The notes under the pieces are model-generated. The model did not search any database and had not been told where the DNA came from. It was given only the letters and a program-made list of their open reading frames with translations. The translations under genes and the position numbers were made by a program. This document shows, piece by piece, positions 17,084 through 24,186 of a stretch of DNA of 24,985 nucleotides; position 1 is the first letter of the stretch; every line of letters starts with the position of its first letter. Origin of the DNA: a virus (taxonomy: Duplodnaviria; Caudoviricetes); the IMG/VR virus record IMGVR_UViG_3300008255_000449, positions 1 through 24,985 of that record; one strand, given 5' to 3'.

Positions 17084-18390
17084 ACCGCCACCTCCTGGAT
17101 AATTGGCGCGGCAGGTTTGGAATGGTCGTCAGCCCGACCCCCGCCGCATGCCTGAGCCCCGTTCCCGCCTTGGCCAACGTTATGAACGTCGGTACGTTCG
17201 GCGACGCGCTGATCCGGCTCGCTGCATTCCGTAATCTCTTTCAGTATCTGAAGGCATTCCTGTTTTTTTTCGCTAAGTCCCTTGGAGTCGAGCCAGACGC
17301 CGAGGCAATCCTCGACAGATTCGGCGGCCTTCATCTCCTCGCAGCGCACCGCCTGCGTGACTTCGACGATCTGCTCTATCTTGAGTTCTTTCGCACCTTC
17401 AAAATACTTTTTGATCGGATCCAGATCTACTTTTGGCAGATCCTCCTGGTTCACGCGATAGCGGAACCGGATGCGGGCTCCCCGCGTTGAGTCCGGCGTC
17501 AGGGAAGGTGCGACGTCATAAGCCATATCGGAATCATCATCATCAATGAATGTCCCGTCGCGCCATTCGGCCTGTACAATGAATGTCCCGTCGCGCCATT
17601 CGGCCTGTACAAGCAACATAGGGGTTGGGCTTACGCTAATAAATTCTTTCTCCCAGTAACCGCCCGCCGCTGTCCAGAGCATAACTCCTTTGTCGCCTTC
17701 TGACTCCCCGAAGGTCTGCCGGGTAAGAGAGCCGACGTACCAGACGCCCGGGGCCACCTCTTGATTTTTGTGGTAATGCCCGCAAATAACCGGGCAGCCA
17801 ATCGCAGCCAGGCGGTTGGCGTTCAGGTGGATTCCGTTGTTGCGGGGAATATGCCCGTTGTCCAGGGCAGCGCCGGAAACCGTGCCGTGAAACAGAACCA
17901 TACTCGGGCCATCGTAGCCCTGTACTTTTTGGAAAGTTGAATCCAGAATCGTCTCAAAGAGGCTGGTGCCGTCTTCCGCCAGGGCGTCCTGATTCGTATG
18001 CTTGAGCGCCAGGGCTCCGGCGTTAAAGTGCGGAATGCCCAGCACCTGCAACATATCGCCCTCGCGGGCAGTGATACGCTCCTCGTTCGGCGTTTCCCAG
18101 ACGTAAATTTCCCGGGCAAAATCGCGAAAGATTAACAGATCCCCCGACTCGTCATGATTCCCCCGGATGATCACCACCGGCCGCTTCCCGTCCCGGTTGA
18201 TCCGGTGCAGGAAATTCTTGAACACCAGCCGCTGTTCCGGCGTTGATTTCGCTTCGAAAACATCGCCCAGGACGAATACCATATCAACCTCGCGGTCGGT
18301 GGCGATATCAATCACTCGGCTTAAGGCCTCGGCCTCTTCAGTTTGATCACCCCCATGGAGATGGATATCTGCTACGGTTAAAACTCTCAT
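17080..18390 (-). CDS. sbcD: SbcD/Mre11-like metallophosphoesterase nuclease, 436 aa (start reassigned to MRVLTVAD)
   Basis: ADIH, LGDVFE, RGNHD, FHG, GHYH and YVGSL...FGE motifs; GAGGAG RBS. Confidence 0.92.
   Translation of the reverse strand: MRVLTVADIHLHGGDQTEEAEALSRVIDIATDREVDMVFVLGDVFEAKSTPEQRLVFKNFLHRINRDGKRPVVIIRGNHDESGDLLIFRDFAREIYVWETPNEERITAREGDMLQVLGIPHFNAGALALKHTNQDALAEDGTSLFETILDSTFQKVQGYDGPSMVLFHGTVSGAALDNGHIPRNNGIHLNANRLAAIGCPVICGHYHKNQEVAPGVWYVGSLTRQTFGESEGDKGVMLWTAAGGYWEKEFISVSPTPMLLVQAEWRDGTFIVQAEWRDGTFIDDDDSDMAYDVAPSLTPDSTRGARIRFRYRVNQEDLPKVDLDPIKKYFEGAKELKIEQIVEVTQAVRCEEMKAAESVEDCLGVWLDSKGLSEKKQECLQILKEITECSEPDQRVAERTDVHNVGQGGNGAQACGGGRADDHSKPAAPIIQEVAV
17544..17612. repeat. 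Perfect 33-bp in-frame tandem duplication in sbcD (VQAEWRDGTFI x2)
   Basis: CAATGAATGTCCCGTCGCGCCATTCGGCCTGTA x2 + CAA. Confidence 0.95.
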
Positions 18391-18524
18391 TGCATTAACT
18401 CCTCTACCTGCTGCTCCAGATCCATGCGGGAGAAGGAGTCGTAACAGTCGACACACATCGTATCGATGGCCTCATCCTGCGGAACTGCGTCCCGGCACCT
18501 GGTGCAGATAATTTCCTCAAACAT
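18387..18524 (-). CDS. Small Zn-finger protein, 45 aa
   Basis: Manual translation MFEEIICTRCRDAVPQDEAIDTMCVDCYDSFSRMDLEQQVEELMQ*; two CxxC; ATGA overlap with sbcD. Confidence 0.7.
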   Translation of the reverse strand: MFEEIICTRCRDAVPQDEAIDTMCVDCYDSFSRMDLEQQVEELMQ

Positions 18525-18628
18525 TTCTCTCTATATCCTCTAGGTAACTATGACTTTGCCCGTCTCTCCGGGCCGTCACCCCGCTGGTGAGTCTGCACCA
18601 TGGCCGAGGTTGCCAGCCTGTTATGTCG

Positions 18629-19702
18629 CTAATAGACCTGCTTCTCGGCCTGCTCGCGCTGTTCTTTTACCGCGACCTCCTGTAGGAATTTACGATGATT
18701 CTTGTACGCCTCGACCAACGTGGTCCGCTCTGCGCCGGTGAGCCGCATCTCTGCGACCTCTTCTCCCAGCGCGTCCAGCATCGCGAGATTGGCCGCATCC
18801 TGCATGCGTTCGAGCATGTCCTCGACCCCGGTGATTGCCTCCGGGTGAACGTCCACCACCTGCGGGCGCGGCGCGGCGTCCTCGACGACGCCATAGAGCT
18901 GCTTGGTTGCATTGCTGGTGATGGCCTGTTGCTGGGCCATAAGACGGTCGGTTTCCGGCGAAACTCCAGCCTGGAAGACCGGTCGCAGGATGATCCAGGG
19001 CCGCAGAAACTTATCTTTATCCATGCTCGTCGGAATATTATTAAGGTTCTTAATTGCGTTGCGCCGGGCTTTTTTGCGCGTGGACTCGACGATGTGGGCC
19101 TGGCGCTTCTGTTGCTTGGTGCGCTCCCCCGTTGCCTGATCTGTCGTCCAGGATTCATTGTACAGATCCTGGGCTTTCCCCTCCCCTTCGACCGCGACCG
19201 GAGCGCCGTTCGGCAGGATGAAGAAGGCGTCATATTTAACGGAATACATGGCCACCCCGTCGATCTCTTCTGTCTTCTCTTCGGCGATCCGGGTCTGGCA
19301 CCCCTGCATGTTTCCCAGCTTAATGATAAAGTCCGCTTTCGGCGCGACTTGACCCGGCTGGAGTTTCATTTTGCTGGCCGCTTCCCCGTGCCAGCAGTCG
19401 TCCAGGGTCGGGATCACCGGTATAGGGATAAGCTTTGTGCCGGGCGGAATTTGGGAGAGAATCGACTCCCCGAAATTCAGCAGGTTTGAATTCGCCTTCT
19501 CGGCGAAGTTAACGTATGCGGCGATCCGCTGGCCATAGTCGACCTCCGACAGATCGATTTCCCCTTTCTGGTTCATGATCGGAGCAAGAAAATCGACGGG
19601 CGAGCCGGCAGCGGATATGGCCGCCCCCTGGGCCACGCCCGTCGTGAGTCCCCCTGCTTTTGGTTGGGTATCTTGAATTCCTGTTTGCGCTATGTCGCTC
19701 AT
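18629..19702 (-). CDS. Putative single-strand annealing/recombination protein (Rad52/Erf-like fold), 357 aa
   Basis: AAGGAG RBS before MSDIAQ; beta-rich YSVKYDAFFILPNG...EGEG followed by helix HIVESTRKKARRNAIK; position just upstream of sbcDC. Confidence 0.55.
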   Translation of the reverse strand: MSDIAQTGIQDTQPKAGGLTTGVAQGAAISAAGSPVDFLAPIMNQKGEIDLSEVDYGQRIAAYVNFAEKANSNLLNFGESILSQIPPGTKLIPIPVIPTLDDCWHGEAASKMKLQPGQVAPKADFIIKLGNMQGCQTRIAEEKTEEIDGVAMYSVKYDAFFILPNGAPVAVEGEGKAQDLYNESWTTDQATGERTKQQKRQAHIVESTRKKARRNAIKNLNNIPTSMDKDKFLRPWIILRPVFQAGVSPETDRLMAQQQAITSNATKQLYGVVEDAAPRPQVVDVHPEAITGVEDMLERMQDAANLAMLDALGEEVAEMRLTGAERTTLVEAYKNHRKFLQEVAVKEQREQAEKQVY

Positions 19703-19879
19703 AGTGGTCTCCTTCTCTCTATCTATATCTCTATCTGTATCCTGCCACGTCCCGATCAGAATCAGCAGCACCGCCGCCAGTAAGAGCCATGGCCCGAGAT
19801 CCACGTCGCGGATCTGATTCGGCATGCCGGGACGCTCCTCGTATAGGGTATCCAGCGCGGTCTCAATATCTCTATCCAT
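19703..19879 (-). CDS. 59-codon membrane-anchor segment with its own RBS, fused in frame (no stop) to the annealase candidate
   Basis: AGGAGG-ccgacacc-ATG at 19879; TM-like LGPWLLLAAVLLILIG; same frame as ATG 19702. Confidence 0.5.
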
Positions 19880-19903
19880 GGTGTCGGCCTCCTGTGTTGG
19901 CAT

Positions 19904-19929
19904 AAAAAAGCCCCCCTCAGAGGAGGGCC
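19904..19929 (-). terminator. Rho-independent terminator after the first two early genes
   Basis: Minus strand GGCCCTCC-tctga-GGGGGGCT-TTTTT. Confidence 0.7.
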
Positions 19930-19956
19930 AAGTAAGGTGTACAGTGATTCGTGGAG

Positions 19957-20226
19957 TTACCTCGCGAGCGAGGCGGGTTTTACCGCCCTTAAGGGCGTGT
20001 AAACTTTTTGTTGCCTTTTTTGCAACCGCGTTTCGTTTGCGGTATCGTTTTCCTTCAGTTTTACGTATGCGTCGATCAGGTCGCTCTCGATCAGATCTTT
20101 CTTCCGTTGTTTTACCAGGCGGCGGCATGCTGCCCGGATAAACTCGGCGAGGGTCTCGTCTGGTTCGAGTATGCCCTCGATCTGGCTGCGGAGAAACTCT
20201 CCCATCTGTATGGAGGTTTTAGCCAT
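19957..20226 (-). CDS. Ribbon-helix-helix-like regulator, 89 aa (start reassigned to MAKTSIQ)
   Basis: KTSIQMGEFLRSQIE...ETLAEFIRAACRRLV fits the RHH pattern; overlaps the upstream stop. Confidence 0.55.
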   Translation of the reverse strand: MAKTSIQMGEFLRSQIEGILEPDETLAEFIRAACRRLVKQRKKDLIESDLIDAYVKLKENDTANETRLQKRQQKVYTPLRAVKPASLAR

Positions 20227-20392
20227 TGGCCACCCGGGATTTAAGCGCGTCAATATCGGACTGCGGGACTCTTGTGGTTCCACCGATACGGACCACATTA
20301 GGAAAAACGTTGTTATCAACCCAGTTACGAACTGTTCTGGCGCTTACCCTGAAAATATTTGCGACTTCCTTCGGTGTTAAAAGGTCGTTCAT
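20219..20392 (-). CDS. Excisionase-family HTH (HTH_17) protein in the Cro position, 57 aa
   Basis: MNDLLTPKEVANIFRVSARTVRNWV...VRIGGTTRVPQSDID; GGAG RBS. Confidence 0.85.
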   Translation of the reverse strand: MNDLLTPKEVANIFRVSARTVRNWVDNNVFPNVVRIGGTTRVPQSDIDALKSRVANG

Positions 20393-20421
20393 GAAAGAAA
20401 CTCCGTTCCCTAACAGAAATA

Positions 20422-20449
20422 AATATACCATACAGGAAAAAAAGTGCAA
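20422..20449 (-). promoter_or_regulatory. Early lytic promoter in the divergent switch region
   Basis: Minus strand TTGCAC-16 bp-TATATT with extended TG. Confidence 0.6.
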
Positions 20450-20489
20450 CAAAAGCAATAAGATTTCTTAAAGGAAAGGGTAAACCCCT

Positions 20490-20837
20490 ATGGATAACCT
20501 CTTAAGCGAACTCCTAAAGGACAAAATGATCCAAAAAAACTGGACTTATGACCAGATGTCAAGCGCGATCGGCGTAGGGAGAAGTAATCTCCATAAATGG
20601 ATCAATGACGGGGTTTTGCCTGATACAAAAAACTTGGTAAAAATTGCCGATGGCCTTGGAATTGGCCTTGGGGAAATAATAGATGCGCTAGAAGGTAGAT
20701 ACATTCCGATGGACGAAGCCGACCGGGAAGCTATCGCTATCTGTCGGCGCTACAAGCCGGAGTCCATCCTCCGTGCGGCAGAGCGGGTAAAGGGGGCAAA
20801 AAAAAACCCCCAGAGGGGCCATAAAGTTTGGTGTTGA
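20490..20837 (+). CDS. XRE-family HTH repressor (CI-like, no S24 peptidase domain)
   Basis: WTYDQMSSAIGVGRSNLHKWINDGVLPDTKNLVKIADGLG; divergent from the early operon. Confidence 0.85.
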   Translation: MDNLLSELLKDKMIQKNWTYDQMSSAIGVGRSNLHKWINDGVLPDTKNLVKIADGLGIGLGEIIDALEGRYIPMDEADREAIAICRRYKPESILRAAERVKGAKKNPQRGHKVWC

Positions 20838-20861
20838 AATGTTGCTTTACAGGAGGATTGT

Positions 20862-21203
20862 ATGAATAAAACAAGCCCAATAGAACCAGCAAAGGCCATG
20901 GGCCGGACTGTCGGATGCCTGTCTGGAACTATAGGGGCAGGATGCATGCAAATTATCGGCGTTTTGCTTTGTCTGACGGGAATTGGCGCGATTGTTGGAA
21001 TTCCGTTAATTATAATGGGGTTTGCCGCTCCGGCCGTAACAGGCGCTATAACCGGGGAAATAATGATTAAAAGTAGCTGCCCCGCTTGCGGGCAGGCGAT
21101 AGAGGATATTAAGAAGCCGGGATATGACTGCCCCGCTTGCGGCGAGCGCCTGATTGCAAAAGAAAAAACCATGTACTTGGCCAGGGATATAATAGATGGT
21201 TGA
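20862..21203 (+). CDS. Membrane protein with double-CPACG zinc ribbon, in the repressor operon
   Basis: IIGVLLCLTGIGAIVGIPLIIMG hydrophobic hairpin; CPACG x2; AGGAGG RBS. Confidence 0.8.
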   Translation: MNKTSPIEPAKAMGRTVGCLSGTIGAGCMQIIGVLLCLTGIGAIVGIPLIIMGFAAPAVTGAITGEIMIKSSCPACGQAIEDIKKPGYDCPACGERLIAKEKTMYLARDIIDG

Positions 21204-22530
21204 ATTTTCGCACCTAAATCAAAAAACGCATGCCGCCGACACCCCTACACCGTCGGGAGTATGCCCGCGCTGTGGCTATACTTCCCAAGCTGAGGGTCGC
21301 GGGTTCGAATCCCGTCGCCCGCTAATACTTCAAAACGTAAACCAAGAAAAACAATGCGAAACCATGCGAACCAATGCGAAACCGGAATCTGAATGGATAG
21401 GGCAGCGAGAGGCAGAAACCCGCTTTGGCTGTAGCCGTGGCCGGTTCTATTGGCTGGTGAAATCCGGCGGTGAGCGGGTTCGCGCCGAGAATAAAGGGAA
21501 CAGAACGGTCCAAAAGATCCATATTTCCCTACTGGAGGCCGAGTCGCAGGTTATCGGCGATTACCGAAAGTTATATGATCAATGGGTGGCAGATCTTCAG
21601 TCTGGGGCGCTAATAGGGCGACCAGTAACCCCGCAGGGCCTTCAGACCCTTAAATACGGATTAGAAAAACTATGGCAGTATTCCGGCCAAAACCCGACGC
21701 TGGATCGGATTACAGCGGAAACTCTAAAGATAGCGCTGGGGGGAATACAAATCGACCACCAGCGGAGAAATTGCCATTTCTCCGTCCGCGATCAAATGTA
21801 TAAGAGCCTGGTGAGCTTCTCGAAATTTCTTATCAGGGAGGGCGTCCTGCCCGTCTCGATACTAGATCAGATCAGACTCTACAAACCGAAACGACATTAC
21901 CAGCCTAAAAAAATAGTTCTGACGGCGGCAGAGGTGGAGCGAATACTGGAAAAGAACTGGTCCATCCGGACTGGTGGCCGGTCCGACATCGATCAGTTCT
22001 TATCGGCCGCGATAGTTATGATGGGCGCATTTGCGGGGCTGCGCCGGGCCGAGATCATAGATCTGGGGTTGGCCGACGTAAACATGGCGGAAGGGTATAT
22101 GCAGGTTGCCGGGAAGGGAGGGAAGTGCCGCCCGGTTGGGCTACTGCCCGGACTGGCGGAGTTCCTGGTCGATTGGCTGGCCATCCGGCCGTCGTCGGAC
22201 TCGGGGCGACTGTTTGTACAAGAAAACGGTATTCCGCTTACTGCCAGCGTGATAAGGGGGAGGCTAGACCGCCTTAGTGCGGCGACTGGTATAGAATTCT
22301 CCCCCCATGCCCTCCGGCGAAGCTTCGCCACTATAATGGAGGGGCGCGGCATGCCGTGGTCATACGTCCAGAAGGCGCTGGGCCACGCGGATATAAAGAC
22401 GACGCAGGGCTACGTTATGGCCGACGAGAGGGCTTCTGTCGAATGGTTAAAGAGCCATGGCCGGGACACCGTGCCGGAAATTACGGACATCGACCGCCTG
22501 AAAGCCCTTGCCTCTATGCTCTCCCGGTAG
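21196..22530 (+). CDS. int: Tyrosine recombinase/integrase (start at 21196 or 21364)
   Basis: AGLRRAEI (R), GKGGK (K), HALRRSFAT (HxxR), LGHADIKTTQGY (H, Y): complete catalytic set; adjacent att core. Confidence 0.93.
   Translation: MVEFSHLNQKTHAADTPTPSGVCPRCGYTSQAEGRGFESRRPLILQNVNQEKQCETMRTNAKPESEWIGQREAETRFGCSRGRFYWLVKSGGERVRAENKGNRTVQKIHISLLEAESQVIGDYRKLYDQWVADLQSGALIGRPVTPQGLQTLKYGLEKLWQYSGQNPTLDRITAETLKIALGGIQIDHQRRNCHFSVRDQMYKSLVSFSKFLIREGVLPVSILDQIRLYKPKRHYQPKKIVLTAAEVERILEKNWSIRTGGRSDIDQFLSAAIVMMGAFAGLRRAEIIDLGLADVNMAEGYMQVAGKGGKCRPVGLLPGLAEFLVDWLAIRPSSDSGRLFVQENGIPLTASVIRGRLDRLSAATGIEFSPHALRRSFATIMEGRGMPWSYVQKALGHADIKTTQGYVMADERASVEWLKSHGRDTVPEITDIDRLKALASMLSR
21281..21323 (+). mobile_element. 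att core (probably attP): 3' half of tRNA-Gly(CCC) from the anticodon loop to the discriminator
   Basis: c-TTCCCAA-GCTGA-GGGTC-GCGGG-TTCGAAT-CCCGT-CGCCCGC-T gives anticodon loop, 3' anticodon stem, variable loop, T-arm, acceptor 3' strand and U discriminator; no D-arm or 5' acceptor strand upstream. Confidence 0.9.
21351..21380 (+). repeat. Three tandem 10-bp repeats (nnnATGCGAA), candidate integrase arm-type sites
   Basis: ACAATGCGAA, ACCATGCGAA, CCAATGCGAA; inverted copy TTCGCA at 21207-21212 on the other side of the core. Confidence 0.65.
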
Positions 22531-22552
22531 TGTTAAGAATAATTAAAGACAG

Positions 22553-22581
22553 TTGACTTCATCGTTCGATGGCGTTATATT
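22553..22581 (+). promoter_or_regulatory. Near-consensus sigma70 promoter with a palindrome in the spacer
   Basis: TTGACT-17 bp-TATATT; CATCG-tt-CGATG at 22560-22571. Confidence 0.75.
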
Positions 22582-22633
22582 ATAGAGGTTAACCAAAACC
22601 GACGGCCGCCAGGCCGCGAGAAGGGACACCAAA

Positions 22634-23245
22634 ATGAAAAAATTTACTTGCAACTGCAAAGCCCCCGCCACCAACAGCTACGGCAATATTGAAAAACAAG
22701 AAATTCCGAAGGGCTGGGCCGCCTTCGGTGACTGCCGGGGCAAAATCGCCCAGGAAGCCAAAGCCCAGGGCAGGCTGGTTATCGTAAGAACCGGCTGGCA
22801 CTACAGATCGCGGCGCTGGGGATACGCGCCGATTCTGGAAAACTACGCCTGTCCCCATGTTTTCAGCAGAATCAAAAAAGCCGAGGCCGAGGCCGAGGCT
22901 AAAAAAAACAGCCCTGAGGCCATTAAGCGCCGTGAAGCCGCCCTGAAGGCGGCGGCCACCAGAAAGAAAAATCAGGAAATCAAGGCGGCGGCGGAGCGCG
23001 AAGCGAACCAGCCCGCTGCCATCAGCGCCGATTCAACGGCGGTCGAGGCGCTGAAGTCCGCCTGCCAGGAGCTTGCAAACGCCCAGGCCAAACAGCGGGA
23101 TTTCAGCCCGATCTGGATGGGCTATTTCCTGGCGCTGAAAACCCAGATACGCGCCCATTTGCCGGAGATGGTGGGCGACGGCATGAATCGCTACGCGCAA
23201 CAGGTGGCCCGGGCACGGTATTATGGCGAGAAAGTCGAGGTCTGA
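22634..23245 (+). CDS. Hypothetical protein, 203 aa (anti-defence candidate)
   Basis: First ORF after the promoter; AAGGGA RBS; N-terminal domain, A/K/E-rich helical linker, C-terminal helical domain. Confidence 0.7.
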   Translation: MKKFTCNCKAPATNSYGNIEKQEIPKGWAAFGDCRGKIAQEAKAQGRLVIVRTGWHYRSRRWGYAPILENYACPHVFSRIKKAEAEAEAKKNSPEAIKRREAALKAAATRKKNQEIKAAAEREANQPAAISADSTAVEALKSACQELANAQAKQRDFSPIWMGYFLALKTQIRAHLPEMVGDGMNRYAQQVARARYYGEKVEV

Positions 23246-23324
23246 CCCCTTCCCCCTCCCTGCCTCTGCAACGAGGCGGGATAGGCGGAAGCCTTACAGT
23301 AGTAACAGAATGGAGGAAGCTAAA

Positions 23325-24149
23325 ATGGTGACCAGATTTGAGATTTTGCAAGAGGAAAACCCCGATCAGGCCCATGTGGTTGAAAAAATACTAGGGTGTG
23401 AAAAAGGGAAACATAACACCTACTGGGATGCCGAGGTGCCCACCTGGCAGGGATACCGGAATAAGGACCGCGATACCCGCTTCAGGCAAGCAAAATGGAA
23501 CCCGGTGGTGGCTGCCGTCCTGGCACTTCTCCCTGATATCGACCTGCCGAACGGGGTGGTTTCTGAAGAAACTGGAGAGTGCGACACGTATAAGGTTTTC
23601 GACGGGTATTCTATCGCATCACGGAAAAAAGGCGAGATGCTGCGCTTCCCGATGGGGGCGGGGAGTGACCTGGTTCTAACTGAATCACAGTTATGGGACG
23701 TGGAATATCTGGACGAGGAGACGAAGCGGCCAGCCGGTCATGAAACCGGGCTGTGGCGAAAAAAATGGATCACTGTCTCCGCGTTAGCGGCCATGGTCCG
23801 GGTGGCTGCGATAGATTACTACCGTCGCTTTCCTGGCGATTATGGCGTGCTGGAAAAATTAGAAAACCACGTCATCCCCGAAGATCTCAGGGAAATCAAG
23901 AGCCTGTTCGATATTCCTGAGATAGAAAAAATATACGCGGAACAGTACAGGCTGTCGAAGTCTTTCGCAGAAGCTAGATCCCTCCCGAAGTTAACCGGCA
24001 CCGCGCGGCAAAAACAATGGGCTGAGACCATCAGAGCGGTATACTTCGCGGAATGTGAGTTACAGGGAGAGGCGCCCCCTAAAGAGGTTCAAAATCAAAA
24101 AAGCGCAAGATACTGGATCAATTCAATAAAAAGTGGGCCTGCCAGATGA
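23325..24149 (+). CDS. Hypothetical protein, 274 aa (start reassigned to MVTRFEIL; anti-defence candidate)
   Basis: GGAGG RBS; C-terminal LPKLTGTARQKQWAETIR...SARYWI resembles the LPxLxGSEKQxxWAxxIR motif of uncharacterised phage proteins. Confidence 0.75.
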   Translation: MVTRFEILQEENPDQAHVVEKILGCEKGKHNTYWDAEVPTWQGYRNKDRDTRFRQAKWNPVVAAVLALLPDIDLPNGVVSEETGECDTYKVFDGYSIASRKKGEMLRFPMGAGSDLVLTESQLWDVEYLDEETKRPAGHETGLWRKKWITVSALAAMVRVAAIDYYRRFPGDYGVLEKLENHVIPEDLREIKSLFDIPEIEKIYAEQYRLSKSFAEARSLPKLTGTARQKQWAETIRAVYFAECELQGEAPPKEVQNQKSARYWINSIKSGPAR

Positions 24150-24186
24150 AAAAGCCCTACGAAAGTAATAGAAATGGAGGAAAATC

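Noticed and set aside
14529-18390. SMC-based defence system (Wadjet or Lamassu)
   Set aside because: The partner is an Mre11-type nuclease inside the phage early recombination operon, which fits SbcCD; no kleisin/KITE or effector genes were seen
19880-20128. N-terminal part of the 499-aa ORF 18629-20128
   Set aside because: It overlaps the RHH-like gene in another frame and crosses a terminator; the RBS-supported starts are 19879 and 19702
20798-20818. A9 tract and small hairpin at the repressor 3' end as a phase-variation switch
   Set aside because: It lies in the last ~12 codons, so slippage would change little; no evidence of variation from a single sequence
21250-21326. Complete tRNA-Gly gene
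   Set aside because: Only the 3' half is present; the upstream sequence cannot form the D-arm, 5' anticodon stem or acceptor stem, and there is no CCA
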